This document shows positions 56,352 through 64,000 of a stretch of DNA of 64,000 nt, one piece after another. The position numbers were made by a program, and so were the translations under genes. Location of the stretch: IMG/VR virus record IMGVR_UViG_3300045988_073112. The stretch is one strand, 5' to 3'. Source of the DNA: a virus. The notes under the pieces were generated by a model. The model searched no databases and was not told the origin of the DNA. It was given only the letters and a program-made list of their open reading frames with translations. Position 1 is the first letter of the stretch. The number at the start of each line of letters is the position of its first letter.

Positions 56352-59300
56352 ATGAGTTATTTCAACAATCATGCTCATACAGAATACAGCAATCTCCGTC
56401 TTCTCGACTGTATAAATCACCCGGAAGAGTTGATTGACAAAGCTATCGAGCTTGGATTGACAGGAATCGCAATCACAGACCACGAGTCGTTGAGTGCCCA
56501 TATGAGAGTCAACAAGTATGCAAAAAAGCTTCAGGAAACTCATCCTGAGTTTACCGTGGCATTGGGCAACGAAATTTATCTGACCGATACGCGAGAAATG
56601 GGCCAGAAGTATTATCACTTTATTCTTCTCGCAAAGAATGAACATGGCTATAGAGGTCTGAAAGAATTATCCTCTATTGCATGGACGAACGGTTATTATG
56701 ACCGTCGAATGGAAAGAGTGCCTCTCCTCAAATCTGAACTCAAAGAGGTTATGCAGAGATTTAAGGGAGATATTATTGGCACAACCGCTTGTATCGGTGG
56801 AGAATTGGGACAATCCATTCTAAATCTTGATGCTTGCGAAAAAGCTAACGATGAAAATAATGCGCATCGTTACCATGAGCAGATTATCGACTTTATGGAG
56901 TTCGGTATTGATGTCTTTGGTAAAGATGATTTTTATATAGAGTGTGCGCCAGCAGACAATCAAGAGCAGATTATTGCGAACAAGAGAATGCTTAGCATCG
57001 CTAAAGCATTTGATGTAAAGATGTGTGTTGGCACAGATGCTCACTATCTCACTAAGGAAGATAGATATGTGCATAAATCATATCTTAATTCCAAAGGTGG
57101 AGAAAGAGAAGTTGATTCATTTTATGAGTTTACTTATCTTATGTCTGAGCAAGAGGCAACAGATTTACTTTTGTCTAGCTACGACTTAAATACAATTTAT
57201 TGGATCTACGACAATTCCAATGAAATCAAGGATAAGATTGAGTTTTACTCTCTTGAGAAGCATCAGTCTATTCCAGAAGTAGAAGTAACTCATTATGATA
57301 AGTATGATTGGTCACGAGTTCCAGAAGATATGATGGATACTTTCCGTGACGACTATAAGGTACTCACTTCTTTGATTGAATCCGATAATGAGCAAGAGAA
57401 ATATTGGATTCAAGAGTGTATCATTGCGATGCAAGAGAAAGATCTTATCCACAAGAAAGAGTATTGGGAAAGACTTGAAGAAGAAGCAAGAGTAAAGAGA
57501 GTTATCGGTGAAAAGTTGCAGACTTGTATGTTTGCATATCCTAATACATTGAAACACTATGTAGATTTGTTCTGGGATTGCGGCAGTACAGTTGGCGCAG
57601 GTCGTGGTTCTGCGTGTGCAGCTTTGAATCATTATCTCCTTGGTATTACTCAGCTTGACCCTATCGAATGGGATTTACCATTCTGGCGTTATATTAACGA
57701 TGAACGTGTTGAGTTAGGTGATATCGATCTTGACTTAGCACCGTCTAAAATTCAGAAGATTTTCGCCGAAATCCGCAAGGAAAGAGGAGAACTTGGTCTT
57801 ATTCAGGTTTGCACTTTCGGCACAGAAGGTACAAAATCTGCAATCTTGACTGCGTGTAGAGGTTATCGTTCTGAGGAGTATCCAGATGGTATTGATGTTG
57901 ATGAAGCACAATATTTGAGTTCTTTGATTCCTCAAGAGCGTGGTTTCTTGTGGCCTATTGAAGATGTTGTCAATGGCAATCAAGAGAAAGGCAGAAAGCC
58001 TGTTAAAGCATTTGTAACTGCGGTTTCGCAGTATGATGGACTCTTAGACATCATTGTTCGTATTCAAGGTATGGTGAATAAGAGAAGTAGTCACGCATCT
58101 GGTGTTATTCTCTTTGATGAAAATATCTATGATTCTGCCGCAGTCATGCGTACCCCAAAGGGCGCATTGATTACCCAGTGGGATCTACATGACCAGGAAG
58201 CCGCAGGCTCTGTGAAATATGACTTCCTGTTAACAAGCGTACAGGATATTATCATTCAGACTATTGAGCTTCTTCAAGCTGATGGAGTTATTGAGAAAGA
58301 CTTAACTCTTAGAGAGGTTTATAATAAATATCTACATCCATCTGTTCTTCCGCAGGATGATGAAGCTATGTGGACTGCTCTGGCAAATGGTGATGTAATT
58401 GGTTGCTTCCAGTTTGATAGTGCGGTAGGCGCACAAGCAGCTAAGAAAATCCGTCCACATAATCCTCTTGAAATGGCGGACGCCAATGGTCTAATGCGTC
58501 TTATGGCTTCTGAGCCGGGCGCAGAAACTCCGATGGAAAAGTATGTCAGATATAAGAATAACATTTCTTTGTGGTATCAAGAGATGGATAATAATGGTCT
58601 GACGAAACAAGAGCAGAAGACTTTGGAACCTTATTTCTTATCATCTTATGGTGTGCCTCCTTCTCAGGAGCAGTTAATGAAAATGCTGCGGGACCCCGAT
58701 ATTTGCAACTTTAGTCTGGCTGAAGCAAACGCCGCAAGAAAGATTGTTGGTAAGAAGCAGATGAATAAGATTCCAGAACTTCACCAAAAGGTTTTGGATA
58801 CTGCAAAGTCAGAGACATTGGGTAAATATGTCTGGAAGTTTGGCCTCGGCCCGCAGATGGGTTATTCATTCTCTGTAATCCATGCTCTTGCTTATAGCTT
58901 TGTTGGTATGCAAACTCTTTATCTCGCCACTCATTTCAATCCTGTGTATTGGAATACTGCGTACCTAATCGTTAATAGCGGTGCTATTGATGAAGATGAA
59001 GGCGAGCAATCTGACTATACAAAGTTAGCAAAGGCTATTGGTGAAATTCGTAACAAGGGTATTAAGGTATCTCTTGTTGATATTAACCATTCTGCACTTG
59101 GATTTAAACCCGACGCGGAGAATAACCAAATCTTGTTTGGTCTAAAGGGTTTAACTAATGTCAACAATGATTTGATTAAAGAGATTATCGCAAAACGTCC
59201 ATATGTATCTATGGTTGATTTTTATTATAGAGTAACGCCTAATAAGCAAGCTATGATTGCTCTTATTAAGGGTGGTGCTTTTGATCAGTTCTGCGATCGT

Positions 59301-60248
59301 AAAGAAGCTATGGTACAATATTTGTGGATGACTTGCGATAGAAAGAAGCGTTTAACTCTACAGAATATGCCAGGTCTTATCCGCTATGGTCTTTTACCCG
59401 AAAATACAGAAGAACAAGTTCTTGCACGCCGGATCTATGAGTTCAATCGGTATCTAAAAGCAGAATGTAAGTATGATGGGGCTTATTATAAGTTGGATGA
59501 ACGAGCGGTTGACTTCATTTATGAGCTTAGTACGCAAGTCGGGGGCATCGAGGAGAATATCGTGAATGAGAATGATATGTTCCTCTTTAATGTAAAAGAT
59601 TGGGATAATTTTTATCAAAAGGAAATGGATATATTCAGAGATTGGATTAAAGAGAATAAAGATAGTATTCTTGATGAACTGAATACTCGAATCTTCATGC
59701 AAGATTGGGAAAAGTATGCTAAAGGAAATATCTCCTCTTGGGAAATGGAAGTCCTGTGCTTTTATTACCATGACCATGAATTGAGTGATGTAAATACTCA
59801 GAAGTATGGTTTAGTAGACTTCTTCTCTCTACCTGAAGAGCCAATTATTGAAAAGACTTTCAAAAAAGGCGCATCTATTATTCCAATCTATAAGCTCAAT
59901 AGAATTTGCGGAACTTGTATTGCAAAAAATAAGACTAAGAGCGTTGTATATCTACTCACAACAACAGGTGTAGTATCTGTTAAGTTCAGACAGGAGTATT
60001 TCGCTTTGTTCGATAAGCAGACCTTCCGCAAGAATAGTGATGGAACTAAAACCGTCATTGAGAAGTCTTGGTTCAACCGTGGCAATATGATTATGGTGCA
60101 AGGTATCCGCAGAGGCGATGAATTTGTAACTAAGAAGTATGCAAGTTCTAATGGTCACCAGTTATATCATATTGATGAAGTGACTGCTGATGGTTCTCTT
60201 GTTTTAAGAAGTGAGAGAGCAACTGGGGAGGAAGAAGAAGATGAATAA
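56352..60248 (+). CDS. dnaE: DNA polymerase III alpha subunit (DnaE-type, N-terminal PHP domain)
   Basis: PHP motifs HAHTEYSNL..ITDHES; 1298 aa with polymerase palm, fingers and OB-fold regions. Confidence 0.9.
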   Translation: MSYFNNHAHTEYSNLRLLDCINHPEELIDKAIELGLTGIAITDHESLSAHMRVNKYAKKLQETHPEFTVALGNEIYLTDTREMGQKYYHFILLAKNEHGYRGLKELSSIAWTNGYYDRRMERVPLLKSELKEVMQRFKGDIIGTTACIGGELGQSILNLDACEKANDENNAHRYHEQIIDFMEFGIDVFGKDDFYIECAPADNQEQIIANKRMLSIAKAFDVKMCVGTDAHYLTKEDRYVHKSYLNSKGGEREVDSFYEFTYLMSEQEATDLLLSSYDLNTIYWIYDNSNEIKDKIEFYSLEKHQSIPEVEVTHYDKYDWSRVPEDMMDTFRDDYKVLTSLIESDNEQEKYWIQECIIAMQEKDLIHKKEYWERLEEEARVKRVIGEKLQTCMFAYPNTLKHYVDLFWDCGSTVGAGRGSACAALNHYLLGITQLDPIEWDLPFWRYINDERVELGDIDLDLAPSKIQKIFAEIRKERGELGLIQVCTFGTEGTKSAILTACRGYRSEEYPDGIDVDEAQYLSSLIPQERGFLWPIEDVVNGNQEKGRKPVKAFVTAVSQYDGLLDIIVRIQGMVNKRSSHASGVILFDENIYDSAAVMRTPKGALITQWDLHDQEAAGSVKYDFLLTSVQDIIIQTIELLQADGVIEKDLTLREVYNKYLHPSVLPQDDEAMWTALANGDVIGCFQFDSAVGAQAAKKIRPHNPLEMADANGLMRLMASEPGAETPMEKYVRYKNNISLWYQEMDNNGLTKQEQKTLEPYFLSSYGVPPSQEQLMKMLRDPDICNFSLAEANAARKIVGKKQMNKIPELHQKVLDTAKSETLGKYVWKFGLGPQMGYSFSVIHALAYSFVGMQTLYLATHFNPVYWNTAYLIVNSGAIDEDEGEQSDYTKLAKAIGEIRNKGIKVSLVDINHSALGFKPDAENNQILFGLKGLTNVNNDLIKEIIAKRPYVSMVDFYYRVTPNKQAMIALIKGGAFDQFCDRKEAMVQYLWMTCDRKKRLTLQNMPGLIRYGLLPENTEEQVLARRIYEFNRYLKAECKYDGAYYKLDERAVDFIYELSTQVGGIEENIVNENDMFLFNVKDWDNFYQKEMDIFRDWIKENKDSILDELNTRIFMQDWEKYAKGNISSWEMEVLCFYYHDHELSDVNTQKYGLVDFFSLPEEPIIEKTFKKGASIIPIYKLNRICGTCIAKNKTKSVVYLLTTTGVVSVKFRQEYFALFDKQTFRKNSDGTKTVIEKSWFNRGNMIMVQGIRRGDEFVTKKYASSNGHQLYHIDEVTADGSLVLRSERATGEEEEDE

Positions 60249-60795
60249 AGTCAAAGTCATCGCTTTGTTTGGTAAAGCTGGGAGCGGGAAGGATACAATC
60301 CTTCGCGCTCTCGTTAAAGTAGATCCTGATAAATTTAATGAGATTGTGAGCTGTACTACTCGTCCTCCTCGCGAAGGAGAACAAGAGGGAGTAAACTATC
60401 ACTTCTTGACAATTGATCAATTCACAGAGAAAGTCCTTAATGGCGATATGCTAGAAGCAACTGAATTTAATGATTGGCATTATGGAACTGCTTTATCTAG
60501 TTTATTAAAAGATAAAATCAATGTGGGCGTCTTTAACCCTCAAGGTATTAGATGTCTTATGGAAGATAAACTCGTAGACTTAACTGCCTATTATGTGCAG
60601 ACTAGCGATAAAGAACGTCTAATCAGGCAGTTGAATAGAGAAGAGAATCCTGATATTAAGGAGATTATTAGACGATTCTCGACAGATGAACAAGATTTTG
60701 AAGATTTAGAGGATATTGATTATCAAGTAATTAAAAATCAAGATGCAGGCGATTTACTTCGTGCTGTCGATCTTATAACTGGGCAATTTTGTTAA
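60241..60795 (+). CDS. deoxynucleoside monophosphate / guanylate-like kinase
   Basis: P-loop GKAGSGKDT; about 185 aa; ATG 60241 with RBS GAGGAAGAAGAAG. Confidence 0.6.
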   Translation: MNKVKVIALFGKAGSGKDTILRALVKVDPDKFNEIVSCTTRPPREGEQEGVNYHFLTIDQFTEKVLNGDMLEATEFNDWHYGTALSSLLKDKINVGVFNPQGIRCLMEDKLVDLTAYYVQTSDKERLIRQLNREENPDIKEIIRRFSTDEQDFEDLEDIDYQVIKNQDAGDLLRAVDLITGQFC

Positions 60796-60860
60796 ATTTG
60801 CTTATCAAAAACACCAGATATAGTATCCGTTCATAAAAATAATACAAGGGAGTGTTTTGA

Positions 60861-63101
60861 TTGCTACAAGTGAAAAAGAGAAATGGTATCCTTGTACCAT
60901 TTGATAAGCAAAGAATCGTTAATGCCATCAATAAGGCTTTTATCGAAGTTGATGGTACTTTATATGAAGAAGATACAGCAAATGATATTGCTGATGAAAT
61001 TAAGTATAGTGTAAAAACCGCAGATAAAATTATCTCTGTTGAGGAAATTCAAGACATGGTTGAAGACTTCCTCATGCGGTCTGAGCGCAAGGACGTGGCT
61101 AAAACCTACATTCGTTATCGCTATAAGCGAGAAGTTGCGCGCTCCGGTAGAGACGATTTTATTAAGGCTTTCTCTGAGAAGATTAACGGTACAGCCATTG
61201 AGAATTAGAACGCTAATGTCGATGAAATGTCATTCGGCGGTCGAGTTGGCGCAGGTTCTGACTTGCAAATGAAGAGATACGCTCTAGATTACTGCGTCTC
61301 TGATATGGCTCGCCGCAATCACGAGAACAATGAAATTTATATCCATGATCTATCTGCATATGCAGTTGGTATGCACAACTGTCTTTCTATTCCTTTTGAT
61401 GATCTACTTGCAAAAGGCTTCAATACTAGACAGACTGACGTGCGGCCCGCAGGTTCTGTGAATACTGCTTTCCAATTAGTTGCTGTTATTTTCCAGCTTC
61501 AATCCTTACAGCAGTTTGGTGGAGTAAGTGCTACTCATCTTGACTGGACTATGGTTCCTTATGTAAGAAAAAGTTTTAGAAAACACTATATTGAAGGTTT
61601 AAAGTATATTGAGAATATCTCCGATAAAGAGCTTTTTGACCATATCCCAGATACTGCTGGAATTGAAGATAATGAATATATGATTTATGATAAAGCATAT
61701 CAATATGCTCTTGATATGACTGTTAAAGAAGTACATCAAGCTGTAGAAGGTATGTATCATAATCTTAATACTCTCCAGTCTCGCTCTGGTAATCAATTAC
61801 CTTTTACTTCTATCAACTATGGTACTTGTACGTTGCCAGAAGGTAGAATGGTCACGAAAGCATTGCTTGATGTTTCTATTGAGGGACTTGGTAGATTACA
61901 TAAGACTTCTATCTTCCCATGTGGTATCTTCCAGTGCATGAAAGGCGTCAATCAAAAGCCCGGTGATCCAAACTATGATCTGTTTAGACTGGCTCTAAGA
62001 TCTACTGCAACTAGACTTTATCCCAACTATGCTAATGTTGATTGGTCTGGTAATGCGGGATATGACATCAATGACCCCAAGACCTATTTCTCTACTATGG
62101 GCTGCCGCACCGCAAATGGCTGGGATATCAACGGTATGGGTCAAACAAAAGATGGTCGTGGTAATATTTGCCCCGTAACTATTATCATGCCTACTTTAGC
62201 TATGGAGTGTAAGATTAACTTTGATGCAGATGTAAAAGGCCATTATTCTTTTAATGATAGACAAATTTTAATTGACAGATTCCTTTATAAACTTGACCAG
62301 AAGATCCATGAAGCAAAAGATATGCTGATTGAACGCTTTGATTATATCTGCTCTCAACCCGCGGCATCCGCTAAATTCATGTATGAGAACGGCTTAATGG
62401 CAGGATATGATGGTAAGACTACTCGTAGTGCTCTTAGACATGGTACTCTTGCTGTTGGTCAGATCGGTCTAGCTGAGACTCTGCAAATCCTTATCGGTCA
62501 AGACCATACTACTCCAGAAGGTATGGAACTAGCGAAACGAATTGAACAGCTCTTCAAGGATAGATGTGCAGAGTTTAAAGAACAGTATAAGTTAAACTTT
62601 GGTGTATATTATACACCTGCTGAGAATCTTTGCTATACCGCTATGACAAAATTCAAAGAGAAGTATGGAGAGATTCCTAATGTGAGTGACAGAGATTACT
62701 TTACTAACTCTATTCATGTTCCAGTCTGGAAAGAAATGTCTCCGTTCGATAAGATTGATATTGAAAGCCAGTTAACTGGGTATTCTTCTGCTGGTTGCAT
62801 CACTTATGTCGAACTTGATAGCGGTGTCAAAAATAACATTGATGCTTTGGAAACTCTAGTGCATTATGCTATGGAACATGACATTCCTTACTTTGCTATC
62901 AATGTTCCTAATGATACTTGTCTTGAATGTGGTTTCATGGACGAATTTAATGATCACTGCCCTGTTTGTGGAAGCCATCATATCCAGCAGCTTAGACGAG
63001 TGACTGGTTATCTAACTGGTAACTATACGACTGCATTTAATGCAGGTAAAATTGCAGAAACAAATGATAGAGTAAAACACGCTGGTCGATTGGAGGAATG
63101 A
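60861..63101 (+). CDS. nrdD: anaerobic ribonucleoside-triphosphate reductase NrdD (ATP-cone plus glycyl-radical domain) with one in-frame TAG at 61206
   Basis: Track ORFs 60861..61208 and 61227..63101 are the same frame. N-terminal ATP-cone KKRNGILVPFDKQRIVNAI; C-terminal Zn ribbon CLECG..CPVCG and glycyl-radical motif RVTGYL. TTG start with RBS AAGGGAG. Confidence 0.85.
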
Positions 63102-63599
63102 CCTATTCGTTACGCAGGAATTATTTATAATGACTTTTCTTCAGCGCCGGGTGTGTGCCTATCATTCTTTACTCAGGGGTGCCCCTTCCATTGTGAGGGG
63201 TGCCACAACCCTGAGACTTGGGATTTTGATGGCGGAAGAGAGTTTACACAAGATACTTTGCAATCAATCATTACTGGATTGCAAGCTAATGGGATACATA
63301 GAAATCTATGTGTCATGGGTGGAGAACCTTTATGCCAGAATAACTCATTCCTTACTCGCTTGATTGTAACAACAGTAAAGAAAGAGCTACCGGATACTAA
63401 AATCTACATTTGGACAGGTAATAAATATGAAGAACTTCTTCATTCTTCTGATACCAATATGCGGGAAATCCTTAAGACTGCGGATGTCTTGATTGATGGC
63501 CCTTATATTCAAGCTGAACGAGATATTACCTTGCCTATGCGCGGTAGCCGCAATCAGCGCATTATTAACTTACGCGAGGTTTACCATGAAAAAGCGTGA
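63102..63599 (+). CDS. nrdG: anaerobic RNR activating protein NrdG (radical SAM). The N-terminus is encoded in frame with, and immediately after, the nrdD TGA; the start codon is unclear
   Basis: The conserved N-terminus PIRYAGIIYNDFSSAPGVCLSFFTQGCPFHCEGCHN (CxxxCxxC radical-SAM motif) begins at 63102. The first canonical in-frame start is GTG 63153, which would remove the conserved Gly-rich segment. ATT codons at 63105 and 63120 follow RBS GGAGGA. ATG 63098 is in a different frame. Confidence 0.7.
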   Translation, partial: PIRYAGIIYNDFSSAPGVCLSFFTQGCPFHCEGCHNPETWDFDGGREFTQDTLQSIITGLQANGIHRNLCVMGGEPLCQNNSFLTRLIVTTVKKELPDTKIYIWTGNKYEELLHSSDTNMREILKTADVLIDGPYIQAERDITLPMRGSRNQRIINLREVYHEKA

Positions 63600-63624
63600 A
63601 TTGATTAAAAAGGGAATTACTCTT

Positions 63625-64000
63625 ATGAATGATAAGATTTAGGCTGGAGTAGAATCTAGTCTAAATCGAATTGTTCAACAAGTTATTGCATATAGCAATG
63701 CTTTAGAAGAATCAAAGACTCTATTAGATAAAACTCAACAATTATTCTACGATTCTCTCACTTAGACTTATAGCATTACTTCAAATGAATTAAAATAGAT
63801 TTATTCTAGAACGAAAGATTTTGAAGTTAGCGATATATTATCTCTCACCTACAATAAAGACAATAAAACTTTAAATGAAAGAATCGCTGACCACTGGTAT
63901 AAAGCAGCATCATATGCAGATAAACAAGCAATGCGGGTATATTTAATTGACAAATATGATAGGTTGCTAAGAAATGAAACCTAGATTATTAAAAATACAG
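63625..64000 (+). CDS. 5' part of a gene with four in-frame TAGs and no TAA/TGA in about 125 codons (runs off the window end)
   Basis: RBS AAAAAGGG before ATG 63625. TAGs at 63640, 63775, 63811 and 63982; the remaining codons give a low-complexity-free, balanced protein sequence. Confidence 0.4.

Noticed and set aside
60805-60830. Possible NrdR box upstream of nrdD (ACACCAGATATAGTAT)
   Set aside because: It matches only about 11 of 16 positions of the ACACwAtATaTwGtgt consensus, and no second box is present. It is more simply the -10 region of a sigma-70 promoter.
1-64000. TAG read as Ser (supD-like) or as a genuine stop leaving pseudogenes
   Set aside because: The SPOR YRV-Q-xGAF and fibre G-E/Q-L positions favour Gln over Ser. 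Fourteen TAGs with zero TAA/TGA in one 305-codon ORF, and homology resuming immediately after each TAG in six enzymes, are incompatible with a collection of pseudogenes.
1-64000. Integrase, transposase or other mobile-element hallmarks and direct repeats marking a prophage boundary
   Set aside because: No tyrosine or serine recombinase, transposase or att-like flanking repeats were seen. The gene content is that of a virulent large phage.

Overview
This window reads as one arm of a large virulent phage of a low-GC Gram-positive (Firmicutes-type) host. Almost all genes are on the + strand, Shine-Dalgarno sites are AGGAGG-like, and operons are separated by terminator-promoter pairs that share one conserved promoter/leader motif. 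The first 11 kb hold a tRNA island with 16-17 tRNAs, a tmRNA and several unassigned structured segments. Interleaved in that island are an AAA+ ATPase, a cell-wall hydrolase-like gene and a small tail-fibre gene set. After that come a vWA-MoxR pair, metallophosphoesterases, an Rnl2-like RNA ligase, a Pnk-like kinase plus phosphoesterase, a Thg1-like enzyme and an NAD+ salvage/reconstitution cluster (nicotinamidase, PRPP-synthetase-like, Nampt-like, NadE). Then a flotillin, a PIN-PhoH ATPase and an endolysin/holin lysis cassette. The last third is a T4/SPO1-style replication module: RNase H, topoisomerase II large and small subunits, DNA ligase, a GIY-YIG endonuclease, ThyA, DHFR, an SSB-like protein, a Sak4-like ATPase, DnaB-like helicase, primase, RecJ-like exonuclease, Dda-like helicase, Pol III alpha, a dNMP kinase, NrdD and NrdG. 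The main discovery is that TAG (amber) is almost certainly read as glutamine. Every confidently called gene stops at TAA or TGA. A dozen genes are interrupted only by in-frame TAGs that fall on conserved Gln positions: SPOR 'YRVQ', GIY-'YIGQS', lysozyme 'NLQNSYE' and RecJ 'DHHQ'. The window also opens inside the anticodon loop of a tRNA whose anticodon would be CUA, so the phage appears to carry its own amber suppressor. This comes together with a tmRNA and a tRNA-repair enzyme suite, and the TAG-containing genes are concentrated in lysis, structural and homing-endonuclease functions.
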